Shown in pieces: positions 1 through 12,599 of a stretch of DNA of 64,000 nucleotides. Under the pieces are notes generated by a model. That model did no database searches. It was not told the origin of the DNA and saw only the letters and a program-made list of their open reading frames with translations. Each line of letters begins with the position of its first letter. Position 1 is the stretch's first letter. Origin of the DNA: the human T2T-CHM13v2.0 reference genome, Homo sapiens. The position numbers and the translations under genes were made by a program. The stretch lies in NCBI RefSeq assembly GCF_009914755.1, contig NC_060938.1; one strand, written 5' to 3'.

Positions 1-437
1 TGTCCCAAGGGCCTTTCTTGTATATAGTCAAGAATGGCTTCCCTAGGCTCGAGCTGGATACTGGGAGTACCTGCAAGGCACTTTCCTGATGCTACTTCTA
101 CTTTTATATTTTGCACTACTCTCTAAATTCATTTCTTCTCTAGGTAAGGTTAAATCCTTCTCCCATAATCTGGATTTTCAGATTCCCCAGGAGGAATGTG
201 TATTTGGAGGCTGGTTTTCCCCCGTCACACTCTGGGAACTCACAGCTTTTCACCATTTCATGGAATTTGCATCAGTGTACTGCCTCTTTCAAAGGATCTG
301 TGAATTCTTTTGGTTTTCCTGATACATTCCTCTGGTGGTTCTTGGAGCAAAAGATTACAGTGTGAGTCTCCACACGCTCTTCCATCTGTCCATGTGGAAG
401 CTGCATGTTAGCCCTGTCTCCTAACCACCATCTTCCT
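1..437 (-). mobile_element. L1PB-type (L1PBa) 5' UTR, cut by window start
   Basis: Reverse complement aligns by eye with the L1 5' UTR at 37783-38220 (e.g. aaggttaaatccttctcc vs ggagaaggatttaacctt; cagtgtgagtctccaca vs tgtggagactcacactg). Confidence 0.85.
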
Positions 438-454
438 ATCTACCCATAGGGTGG

Positions 455-747
455 GCTGTTTTCTTGCCTTTTCTAGCTTGCAAAGCTTGCTGCATACCTT
501 GGCTCAGACCTCGCGTCACTCCAGCCTCTGCTTCCATCATCACGTCTTGTTCTCTATCTTTGACTTGCTTATTCCCTTCTTTCTCTTTTCAGGACCCTTA
601 TGATTATATTGGGCCCACCCAGATAATCCAGGACAACATCTCCATCTCAAGATCCTACTGAATCTCATCTGCCATGTAAGATTACATATTTACAGTGCCA
701 GGGATTGGGATGTGGATATCTTGGAGGCCATTACTTATCCTACCACA
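455..747 (-). mobile_element. MLT1 (ERVL-MaLR) LTR fragment, MLT1B/C-like
   Basis: Typical MLT1 block cccacccagataatccagga...catctcaagatcc, ending in cctaccaca. Confidence 0.8.
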
Positions 748-993
748 GTTGGGTTGCTTCTTACTGACTTTCTCCTGTGCTGACAATTTGGTTGCAGTTG
801 TGTGTCTCTGCAATTACCATCATCTATCTGCTATTCATCCTCTACAGTCACTTATCTTCTGTTGTCTTTTCTCCCATTCCCTGTTTTTGTGGATTTATAG
901 GTTTTACAAACTTTTACTATCATTTTGAAGTATGTTCAACTTTGGTTTTTAACAGGAACTCCTCACTTATTTTACATAATCTGAGATGCACAG

Positions 994-1318
994 TGTCTTA
1001 GTCTGTTTGTGTCGCTATAACAAAATGTCTGAGACTGGATAATTTATGAAGAACAGAGATTATAAATAAATATGAGAGGCTGGGAAATCCAAGAATAAGT
1101 CAGTTATCTGGTGAGGGCCCTGCATCTTCTGGAGGGAAGAAATGCTCTGCTCTCACATGGTGAAAGGTGGAGGAGCAAGAGACAAAATGCTATATGAAGC
1201 CTTATAAAATAAGGGCCTTAATTCCATTCATGAGGAAGGAGCCCTTGAGACCTAACTTCTTAATATTATCACATTGGCAACACCTAAATTTTGGAGGAAA
1301 TATATTCAAACCATAGCA
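994..1318 (-). mobile_element. MST (ERVL-MaLR) solo LTR
   Basis: Starts tgtcttagtctgttt, contains gagactggataatttat and ctcacatggtgaaagg, ends attcaaaccatagca. Confidence 0.8.
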
Positions 1319-2029
1319 TAGATAATTTACGTGACTTGCTCAAGGTCATAGAGATAATTAATGGCAGGAATAAAAAGCAGGTGTGCAAGACTCTCAGGTT
1401 ATTTAACAGTCTTTTAAAAACTATATATGCTGCTTCCCCACCCCAATGGCCCAAGCTTTCTAAGTATGAGCTAAAGAAACTATATTGATGCAACTAGGAG
1501 AAAAGATAAGAAATTTTTACTTATGGGCCTCCATGTTTGCAGACTCTCCAAGATAAGGGTCATAATAACTAATATTCACTGAGCGCTCATCATGTGCCAT
1601 TCTGTCTTCTAAAAGCTCTATTTCTTGTGACAACCTTATGAAATATGTGCTTATATGATCCTTATTTTTCAGGTAGGCAATGAAAGCAAAAAGAAATTCA
1701 TTTACTTGCATAGATTGTATAGGAATTACATAGATTGTTTAGAAAGGATGTGACAGAGAACATATTTGAAGGCAAGCATTCTGGCTCCAGAAACTTTGCT
1801 TTTGATTGCTATCCAAGGTTGGAGCCCTAATAAAGGATGGGAGAAGTAGACAATGCAGTCTACTTTCATATACCCAGTGCTTTAGTAAAACTGGATTAGA
1901 AGTTCTTCCTGTACACATTTTGTAATTTCTCAACTCTATACCTTGAGTCATACATTTCTCTTTGCTCAAAATGCCTTTCCTTCCAAATACTTTATATGCT
2001 TCTCTTTATATACCCTCCTCCCAATTAAA

Positions 2030-2230
2030 AAAATAGCCAGTATTAGAAGCTTTTCTAAGATACTTAGTAGGAATTAATTGCTCCTTTCTCTGAACTCCTG
2101 AGGCATTTTGTTTTCCTATTTAGTGGTACTTACTATTCTCTACTTTTTATTTATTGAATCTTCTCCATTAAGTTGTAAATTACTTGAAAACAGAGGCATT
2201 TACTTCTGTATCCTTTTAAATTCCAGATTT
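2030..2230 (+). mobile_element. L2 3' end fragment
   Basis: Degenerate L2 tail (tctccattaagttgtaaattacttgaaaacagagg...aagtttgtttaat). Confidence 0.5.
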
Positions 2231-4869
2231 AGGCTGTGCTCATGGTACGTGCCTACAAGTTTGTTTAATAACCATTGCTGATAGACATTTTCAAATTGCA
2301 TGTCATTTTCTTGTAGGGAAAATCGAGACCCTGGGCAGTGGTTCACATACACTCTCTCTTTCTGTGCCTAGATAAAATTGCTTCCTGTGTAGTAGTCTCA
2401 TTGGGGCAGTAATGTGATTTTCAGAAAGATATCCATGGATACAGTTAGAGGCCTAAAGTTTATTTAATTGCAAAAAGAATAGGTAGATTTTCAGAGATAT
2501 TTACTTAAGGCAAGTGATAACATAGAGATTAGACAGAGATATGGTTTCCCCAGTCTTCCAAAATTTCCTATAGGGAACTATAGCTGTGGATCGTATCATA
2601 TATAAAGAATGAAGATTCAGACATTTAACTGTTCTGGAGAAAGGCTGCATTTCAGCCTCCCTAATAGGTAAAATTTACCTTCGCAAACAGCCCTAGCATA
2701 TTCCTCAGAGGATTGTGAGACTGGATAAAGCAAAGGCCAGTTTTTAATGAGATGCCTCAATATGTTTCAGCTTTATCCAAAGTCACTGCTAAAAGATGTA
2801 AGTTCTGAGAGTGGGCCACTCTTACCCTTGAGATTTCAAGACATGATTTTTCTAAATAATTTCAGGTGAGGTCTTGAATGCATATTGAAGACTTCTTAAT
2901 TTAGCTGTCTTAGAAAAAAAAAACCACAGTTCTACTCTTCTCCCTCTTATTTTCTTATAGCAATTTATTTTCATTATAATTAACGTTCCTCCGGGTCCCT
3001 AGTGTCTATTCAAAGGTCTGCTGCTCTTATGCAATTTCATCTTTTCCAATATCCTGGGGACATTTTCATCCTCTAATTTCCCCCCTGCTTCAGTTACTCT
3101 TTTGTTACTCCCATTTCACTTCTTTTTCTTTTTTCGCTTTTTCTCAGATTGTAGCTGGAACCAATAATGGAAACACTTTCTTCATTGTAGCATCCCTTCT
3201 TCCCTTTGGGAAAAAAAAAATTCCCCGTATGACTATGAATAGGGTCTGCAAAGGAAGACCCATAACTTCAAAACATTCACGCAGTTCATAGGGGAGAGCA
3301 ATAAGTTGGTAGTCAGGAAGGCAAGTAAACAACGTATTATTCTGAAAAACCTTCAATAGTTTTAAAGCAAGTGCCTGCTTGGTGACAAATGATACAAAAG
3401 GAAGTAGGAGAGAGGGCACTTAGCTCTCAGATATTGCTGAATCTCCTTCCAAACCATCAAAAATAATGATAAACAATACAGTCTTGTCTGTGGAAGAGAT
3501 ATTATTTTGTTCCATAATGTTATATATATTTGTCAAGTGCTGTAAGCCTTCCATGCTTTAAAATGTATTGGTGCTTTGGGGTAACTTGTTTTGAATGGTT
3601 ATGCTACAAAAAGAATTCACATAACCAGCTTCTCCTTTAACTAGGGTCACTTTTCTACCATGATTAAGGTCTGTAAGCTTCGCCTACAGTGAGCCTACCC
3701 CATTTTTCAAGATGGTAACATTCTTTACGACTTAGCTTATTACACGAAATTAGCTACAACACAATTCAAAACACCCGCCTAAAGTGCCTAAAGTGAAACA
3801 ATCCCAAATAGGCTGATGTTATATGACTGGCTTCTAATTATGCTCCATATTTGGATTCGTTACACAAAACCATTTGGGAAGAATTATGGATTCCATTGTT
3901 TCAAGCATTCATTGGTTATTTTTCAGCATGTTTATTACCAGCTCTGCTGATACCCAGTGCCCCATAGATGTCTTGCCCACAGTGATCAGTGGGACTGGAG
4001 AAGGAAGGAAAACATCTTTGGTTCTTTCTGTAAGAATTCTTTACAGAAATGGGCAAGTGTAACATCCCTAGGTGTGTCAGTTGACATTGCTAGTTGTAAT
4101 TTTTTGATGTAAAAATTAGCAAACTGTGATGAAGAGATGGATTTCCCATGTTTCAGAGTGTATGCTTAAGTATTCTAGGAAAAGAAAGTTCTATTCATGT
4201 TCTGAGCCTGCCAGCTTTATGGGGGCCTATATTCTAACTGGTAGGAACAGCACAGAGTAACTGAATAATAGAATGAAAGCATTTAGCACGGGCAGATGTA
4301 TGTTCCCAGTGAGGCGTAAGATTCACAGGACTGCAGGTAATATTTTCAATGCAGCCAATGACTGGGGAGGCCTGGTATGAAATAAGGAAAAAGACCTCAA
4401 ATGAGGATGATGAAGGGAAGTGTCTGTGCAGGGCTTTTAACCCTTCAGGAGTTTGGCCCAGTTCATCAGAGAGAAAAGGGAGTAGGTACTTGTCACAAAG
4501 TTTGGCTTCAGTATCAAGTTTTCATATGGCTGGCTGGAACCTGTATAAGGACCCAGGAATGGATAGAGCTACTTTGTAATGAGAGACTTTGACACATTTG
4601 ACCCCACTTAAACTGAAGCTGGATGTCCTCTTAGTTGAAAAATACTCTAAAACATAGAAAACCCACTTCCAAGGTGGGTATCTTTAAAAAAAAGATACCT
4701 TTTTTATCTTTAGTGGGTATCTTTAAAAAAAGGATATCTTTTTTTCCCTAGAATTTTACATCATCATGCATATCTCAGAATTTGGAGAATCTTATTATCC
4801 AGATATTCAAAAATTTTCCTTCTAGCATTTAAAATTTTTTCTTGCGTGCGTATGTTTGGGTATTTTATG

Positions 4870-5240
4870 TATTTTATTAATTATTCTTGGAATCCTTAAA
4901 CATTTAAGTTGGTTTTGATTTTTTAGTATTAAAAATAATGCTGGTATAAGCAAATTTTACATAACGCTTTGTATTTAAAATTACTTTTCCTGGCAAGATA
5001 ACTATAAAAAGAATTACTGATTTAAAAGCTATAAGCAATTTTAGGCTTTAGATGTATATTGCTATTTTTTTCCCCAGAAAGAAAGAATTAATTAACATGT
5101 CTATCAGCAGAAGAGAATTGCCCAGTTTATTGTATCCTCATCAGCATTGGGCATAATCTGTGCTAATTTAGTTATTGTTTTTTAATTTGGATTTTGGGTT
5201 ATTACTTGCATTGAATATTCTGATATGTTTATTACCTATT
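4870..5240 (-). mobile_element. Old L1 (L1ME-like) 3' fragment
   Basis: T-rich antisense L1M motifs such as aataatgctggtataagca and tatcctcatcagcattgg. Confidence 0.55.
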
Positions 5241-8200
5241 AAAATTTTAGTTACTTAACTGAGATTCAAATATATATTATCTATTAAAATCTTAATAGAT
5301 AATAAACATACTATGTACTCGAATCTCAGTGAATTAACTTTTTATATTTCCTGTTGAAATGTGGAAAAAATTTCCTGGCACATCTCATCTGACCATTAAC
5401 ATTTCTTGGATTTTTATTTTTTTTTAAGAATACAAAGATTGTCTATTTTAATAATTCTGCAACCTTCATATAATAAGAATTTTAGCTTTCTTAATTTTGA
5501 CTGATGTTCCTATAACTCTTACTACAGGTAAAACTCAACTCATCAGGGTAACTAAAGTATTTATTAAATGCCTACTTTCATATGACATTGTGTTAGAGGC
5601 AAAACAGAAGCAGTTTTTCCAGCCACATGCCCTGTTAATTCCCAAGCTTGGCCCTTGTGGTAATAACAGCTGATGAATTCATGCACTTGTTTTGAAAACT
5701 ACTTATTCTGTGCCCAGTGTTTGAAACTATTAATGAGTACTTTGGCCACCTTGGGATGCTAGTGACTTTAAATATTCTCTGTATTTATTTCCCCCCCACT
5801 TTTCAGCTTTGCCACACAAGCTGAAAACCATCACCAGGCATCTACGATTGCTTGTCAATTCCCCTCCAACCTTAAGATATATTACTCACCATCCAGAATG
5901 AATGAGGAACAAGAGCTTTAAATAAAAGGGAGTTCCTTGTGTTCACTTTGACAGCACTTCCCCCCGTTAAATTTAAACATTCCTCAATACCCACAGGGAT
6001 GAATACGTGTCTGGATTATTGGAACATTACTGAGGCTCCAGCTCCTTGACCTTGGCATGCAAGCTTCTTCACCTTTGAACTAAAAGCTTTCTCTGGGTTG
6101 TGGGTGTGATGATGTCTTTCCAAAGCCATTCAAAGCAGTGCTGCCACTTGGGAGCTATTTTAAGGTCTCTCATAGAGCCTGAGATGTATTTCTTTGCTTT
6201 AACAGTGACCTGTCAAAGCCTCTGTGCTGTGGCCAAAGACTTCCCTCTGCTCCTGGGATCCTGTGTTGCTACTGGAGGAAACAGGGGTACCAACCATTCC
6301 GAGGTGGCCACACTGGGTCACTGCCTTAGCAGAGGGCACACTGAGCCACATCACACCACACTCTGATTCTTGGTGACTACACTTCAGATATGTCTCTTAG
6401 CCTCAGTCTCCTCATTTGTCAAATAACAGAACAGGGGTAGATAGTTACAAAGATTTCTTCAATCTGTATGAAAGAATCGATGAATGAGTTTATGAATGAA
6501 TGAATCTAACTCTACCGGCCTCTGTAGTCTTAATTTAAAAAAAAAAGATTCACATCCTCTTACCGCAGAACATTAATTATTTTAATATACATTTCTTATA
6601 ACCATGTACCAACCATGAGCATCAGTCAGGAATCTAGTTTTTACTCTCCCCCAATTATAGAATCAAATCAAATGTTTCTTAAAATATGTAAAGAATCAAC
6701 AAGGTTGAGCAATCATACGGTGAAGTCATAGTTGTCAGATGTGGGCTGTGAGGCTGTGAGCCTAGATGATGGTGCATCCATGACAGTAGACACCGTCAGA
6801 GGAAGCTTAGGCAGGAAGGGACAGCGGTTATGTTAGAGAAGTCCTGTAGAAACTATTTCTATGATTAATACAAGACAGGTTTTGCATTGTAAGACAAGAT
6901 ATTCTGTGGAATTATAGGGCTGACAGCTCTCTTCCACAAAGCTATGAAGAAAGTAAATGTAGAAGTACAGATGAAACATTGGAAACCAAAGCAGTTCTGG
7001 GCCACAGAGCCAGTGGCTTGACAGCAGGACTTGAGAGCCTATTTTGAATGGTGTATGGAATGATTTGAAATGTTTAAGGTTTAACAAATTTGTAATTGGT
7101 TTATCTAAGTTGTGTTTTTTTTATTTTCGAATAATTTCCTTGTTTATAAAATTTCAATGAAAGTTTTAGTTAAATATAGTTGGAATTGAGAAATGTAATC
7201 TTAGGTAGAACCAATCATACATCTGTTTAGTATATTAAGTTCCAGTAGTATCAACAGACAGCAGGCACCCTGAGCATTAATGTTAACCTGACTAGGGACC
7301 CTGTTTAAACTGGCACCTGCAAAGATGGTCTTATGACTCTACCTGTAAGCACAGTTACTGGGTTTATTTGTTAACGCAATATTCGGAAATGTTATGAACT
7401 AAGAACAAGCCTCCAAAGTAAAAAGTAAACTAAATCACTTTCTTGAGCTGTCTTATTTTAAGTTTGATTGTAAATAAGTATAACTGCAAAAGATAAACAC
7501 GTGTTTAAGATTATAGTAAAAAAAATTTGGAATCCTACCAAACAGCATTTAAAAAATTCCTGATTGTTTTGAGTGTAAAGTCCACATTAAGTACACTTTG
7601 CTATTTAGTTGTACATTTAATATTGGTAGTTTGAAAGGAAATTTTTCACTGGGATTGAAATAATGAAAAAAATTAACTTAAATTTGTATTCCAAATGAAT
7701 TAGGTATTGGAGTACTTGAAGTGTAAAAAGCACTGGGAAAGCTTATAGCTCTGTATCCATATCCATACCTTTATCTATACTTTTAAAATAGTCATCAATC
7801 GTCCCTATGATCAGATAATAGAAATACTGTATAAAAATATTTCAAGGAAAATCAAACAGATTTCTACTTTTTAACTTTAAGTCTTTGGAGGAAGTATAAG
7901 TAGTTTGACCCAGGGTTAGAGCTGCGCTTGAGAGCATTAGGCTCACAGAAGTGAGGAAGTCTGTTGTCCAGGCTGGTTCTGCCTGTGTCAACCCTTTTGG
8001 TATTTATCTCATTGAATCCACTAATCTTGATCAGTTTGAAAAAGATGAAGCCATTTTATACAGCTGATTGTCCACTGCCAATGTCCACAGTTCACAAAAT
8101 TGACTAGAATTTAACGTCTTATATGGCATTTTGTACTACATTCTAACTTCTAGAGAATATAGTTCATTTATTTTGAAAATATTATAAAATAAGAATTCTC

Positions 8201-9214
8201 AAATAAACTCTTTGTGGTATTCCACTTAGGAAATATAAAGCCCAATAGCTTAGAGATGCTCACATCTGGGGCTTTATTATTTGTGTTTTAGGTTCAGCAA
8301 TAGTAACTGCTGAGCAACTCTTAAAAGTTTCGATGATTAGCTTAGCCAGTAAGTTCCCAGACAGCTTTAAAACACTGATCTATGATCTTACATCTTCTAC
8401 ATCAGCTCACAATTCTATGGCTATATTTTCTGTGTAGTAGGAATTAATGTTTAGAGAGAAATGTGATGGCCTAATTGATTCTGAACCTAGAACCTCAAGG
8501 TAGCTTTTGCTACAGTTATCTGAAAATGTCTCTCCCACTCTGTATTAGACAATTCTACCCCAGATTTTTACACACTGGGTAGAAAGCAGTGTCCACCTGC
8601 TTTCCCTGTTAGGCTCCAGACCATCTGCCATGGTATTGCCCTGTCCCAATGGTACCACCACTTCTGCCCATTCCTGCTGCTGCTTTTCCAGGCACCACCA
8701 CCAAAGCTCCCAGGCACCCCTGCTGATTCCACTGGGAATGGCTGTATTTGTTGGGGCTGTGACTGCCCTGGATCACTGGAGGGGCAGAGTCTCCATCATT
8801 TCATATGGTAAAACTTCCCAGCACTAAGCTCAAGGTTGGGTACAGAGCAGGCACACAATGCTTTACTCCTCTTCCTTATATATTACTCTGCTAAAGGGGT
8901 ACCACAGTATTTCCACCTTGAGGCCATGTTTTAAAGAAACTTTAGTGTAAGCAACTCTTTTGCTTTTCTCTAACAAACGACCTTCATTCCCATAGAAGTA
9001 GTCCAGAAGTTCCTGGGAAGACAGGTTGGGGCAGATCTGAGAGAGATTCTACCCTTTCTCAGAAGTATCCCTAATGCCTCATGACTAATTATTATTTCAA
9101 GCTGACTTACCTATCTCCCTTTAATATCATTTTTCTCCAGTAGGACCTCCAGCACCTTACGAAAATAAATTTATGTGAAATTTAACACACATTATGTGAA
9201 ATGTAACAATATCA

Positions 9215-9530
9215 AAACAAATATAAAATTTGAATATCTTCCAGGGTATACAAGCAAATCATCTAAAGAAGACCAAGAATCAGATTGACATCAAATTTCT
9301 AACAAGAATCAGAATGATATCAGATTTCTCAATAGTAGCAATGCATACAAAAAGATAATGAAGAAATAATTTTAAAGAAGATAAGTAACACTGAATTTAT
9401 AATTTTATATCCATCCAAACTGTTATTCAAATAAAAGGGAAGAATAAAAACATTATCAGGCATGAAGGACCTCATACAATTTGCTATGCAAAGATTCACA
9501 TTAAAAACATTTGGAAGAAATACTCAAATA
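9215..9530 (+). mobile_element. Old L1M/HAL1 ORF1 C-terminal fragment
   Basis: aatcagattgacatcaaatttct and aattttatatccatccaaactgttattcaa resemble the L1 ORF1 C-terminal region; contains a 29-bp tandem duplication at 9274-9329. Confidence 0.6.
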
Positions 9531-9935
9531 ATAAGAGAAACGAATCCAGAAAATGATCTAGGAGATGTGAGACCACGAGTTAGAATGGACACTGGCCATA
9601 AACAACTGTCATGGCTAAACTGGGGCATGTTGGCAGAATATCAGCCTGGGCATTAGGGAGATCAGATAACTTAGTAAGATTTATGATTGTCTTAGGGGAA
9701 AAAAGTTAGGACAAAAGAAGAGACATAGAGAAAGCATGTAGAATGCCTATGCAAACCCAGAACTGCAATTTTGGACTATCAGCATGATGGAATTTGGGGT
9801 GGGCAAGTTAAGTGAGCAAGTGATACAAGAGCTTGCAAAAGGAATTTTCTTGTTAGGGGAAAATATAGATATTGACTGACTTAACATATCTGTTTTTACC
9901 TTCATGAATCTCTCCTCCACTTTTTCTATCATTAA

Positions 9936-9937
<2 letters not shown>

Positions 9938-9966
<29 letters not shown>

Positions 9967-10027
9967 TGAGACGGAGTCTCACTCTGTCACCCAGGCTGGA
10001 GTGTAGTGGCGCGATCTCGGCTCACTG
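9938..10027 (-). mobile_element. 5'-truncated Alu with (TAA)n tail
   Basis: (tta)n followed by tgagacggagtctcactctgtcacccaggctggagtg; flanked by a probable TSD tcattaac on both sides. Confidence 0.9.
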
Positions 10028-10391
10028 TGTCATTAACTTATTTACTTTTTCCTTTCACCTGCATCCTTCTTTATTTCTTCTTTTCTTTATCTTTACCTTC
10101 TAACTACCATTCCCATTCAAAATTTCTACAATCAGAGGTGTTTATTATAAAATACAGAATGGAATATCAAAGGTATAGTTGGTGTCTTTGGAAAGAGTAC
10201 AGAAAGGTGAATGTTTGATAAATATTAATCTAAAGTAGAGGGCTCCATAACCTATAGCCCATATAATTTATTTAAAACATAATGCCAGAAACAGCCTGTA
10301 TACTTTTATTCCCTTTTGTAATTATTGCTTCCTCTAACAATTACATATACTCAGTGGATATTTCCATCCGCAAAATGATTCTTAGATTTAC

Positions 10392-10593
10392 TTTTTTTTT
10401 TTTTTTAAAGATAGGGTCTCTCTCTGTCACCCAGGTGGCTGAGATGCAGTGGCACAATCATAGCTTCAGCCTCCAACTCCTGGGCTCAAGGGATCACACC
10501 CCCACAACCCCCACCTCGCCAACACTCCTCTTCCTTACCTGCAGTCTCCTGAGTAGCTGGGATTACAGCAGGTACATTCCAACATGCTTGGCT
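10392..10593 (-). mobile_element. Old Alu monomer (FRAM or AluJ right arm) with C-rich insertion
   Basis: Poly-T, agatagggtctc, ctcctgggctcaag, ctgagtagctgggattacag; about 35 bp of non-Alu C-rich sequence near 10497-10535. Confidence 0.8.
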
Positions 10594-10617
10594 CCAAATG
10601 TTTCTAAAGCAAAGGTT

Positions 10618-11034
10618 TGTTCAATCAAGTTTAGCCTAAAGCTGCCTCCCTATGTATTTTAACCTCAGCCTCCCTATGTATTTTAACTTCAGCCTCTGTA
10701 CATAGTGAACTACAACCTAAATAGAGATGTAAACAGACTGTGACAAACTATTGTGCCAGTTACCGAGTTTTGGCCAATCAAAGGGGGCCGACTTTTCAAA
10801 ACGTGTTCAGATAAGGCAAATGCCAAGTTGTAACCAATCTGGCTATTTCTGTCCCTCACTTCCCTTTTCTGTACCTCACTTTCCTTTTTCTGTTAATAAA
10901 CCTTCTTCCACCATGTGGCTGTGCTGGAGTCTCTCTGAGCCTACTCTGGCTTGGGAGGCTGCCTGATTCTCAAATTGTTCTTTGCTCAATTAAATGCTGT
11001 TAAATTTAAGTTGGCTAAGATATCTCTTTTAACA
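10618..11034 (+). mobile_element. MER57-family (ERV1) solo LTR
   Basis: TG...CA termini; aagtttagcctaaagctgcctcc start, ccaatc boxes, ttctttgctcaattaaa near the end, ends ttttaaca; internal ~24-bp duplication at 10644-10697. Confidence 0.85.
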
Positions 11035-11242
11035 GATCAAGCCTTAAATCATTGCCACACATCTATTAGGCTATGTATTGTAGATCACCTTTTATTTGTC
11101 CATTAACATATAGAGAGAACACATTGATTTTTCTTACAATATTAGCCCAGTGTTTAGGCTAACCTTACTGTAATCCTTCCTAAAACTAATATTTCAATGT
11201 GTCTCAGTGGCAACCACTATATTTTCAGAAAATCCACTTTGG

Positions 11243-11740
11243 CAGGGTTCTCTTAGAGGGACAGAACTAATAGGATATATATATATATATATCTATATAT
11301 ATATATATCCTATTAGAGAGATACATATATATCTATATATCATATAGATATAAAGGGGAGTTTGTTAAGTATTAACTTACATGATCACAAGGTCCCACAA
11401 TAGGCTGTCTGCAAGCTGATGAGCAAGGAGAGCCAGTCTGAGTCCCTAAACTGAAGAACTTGGAGTCCAGTGTTCCAGGGCAGGAAGCATCTATGTGATG
11501 CAAGGGAGAAAGATATAGGCTAGGAGGCTAGGCTTGTCTCGCCTCTTCACATTTTTCTGCCTGCTTTGTATTCACTGGTGGCTTATTAGATGGTGCCCAC
11601 CTGATTAAGGGTGGGTCTGCCTTCCCCAGCCCACTGACTCAAACGTTAATCTCCTTTGGCAACACCCTCACAGACACACCCAGGATCAATACTTGCATCC
11701 TTCAATCCAATCAAGTTGACACTCAATATTAACCATTACA
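11243..11740 (-). mobile_element. MLT2A1-type 3' LTR (terminal ~9 bp missing)
   Basis: Direct-repeat partner of 17108-17627; lacks the terminal tgtattagt seen in the other LTR. Confidence 0.93.
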
Positions 11741-12198
11741 AGTCCACCACTTGTCAACTTCAACCCATACACATCTCCTGAGATCACACACAGTCTTCAA
11801 ATAAAGACAATAAGGTCAAAATTATGCCTAACACAATACAGCTGTCCTTCATACAACCAGAAACCCACCAATCCCCAACCCAAATACTATTACATAAAGT
11901 TAACAATACTTAAATGCTGATATGAAGTTAGTAAATCTTATGTCACATGATAAAGGAAAAGAAAATGAAGATATATTTTCTTAGTACAGGTATATACATG
12001 CACAAACATGTTTTTAACAAAAGAAGGAGGAAATACTCATGGTAGTTACAGTCCTCGTTTCTGCAGCTGGTCATGTGGTCATAGCTGGTATTGATGACTA
12101 CTTTCTTCTACTACCCATTCTGTATTCCCTTTGTTTTCAGCAAACACTCCAGCAGGTTGTGGTTTCTTTCCTGGTGGAGTGACCCAAACCTTTATTCC

Positions 12199-12560
12199 TT
12201 AGGGGTCTGGACCATTTGTAGTTCTGCCTGGATTGGGCTGTTGTAGTTTTCCATTGACCTCAATCACAGGGCGTGGTAATAGTAAGAGACACCCTAATGG
12301 ATCCCCTGTATTCCATGGATACTCTTCCTTAGCTCTGTTTTGGAGCAGTAGATTGATTTCATCTTGATAGTCTGGGTCAATCACCCCAGCAAACACTGTA
12401 TTTCCCTTCTTAGCCTGTTGACTTAAAGGTAGGGGGAACCCAAAGTGTCCAGGTGGCAATCATAACTTTCAGTTTAATTGAATAGTTGTGTCTGCTGGTG
12501 GCAGCATTCCTCCCTCTGGAAGTAAGACCTCTAGGTCAGCAGAACGTAATGTCACAGGAA
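12199..12560 (-). pseudogene. HERV-L dUTPase remnant
   Basis: ORF 12199-12459 contains GVIDPDYQ (dUTPase motif 3), downstream of integrase as in ERV-L. Confidence 0.88.
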
Positions 12561-12599
12561 CAGGAAGCAAAAATTTTGCTAGTGGATCACTATGGGTGA

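Noticed and set aside
3095-3150. Strong plus-strand polypyrimidine tract and AG at 3146-3147
   Set aside because: No convincing donor or coding frame downstream; insufficient for an exon call.
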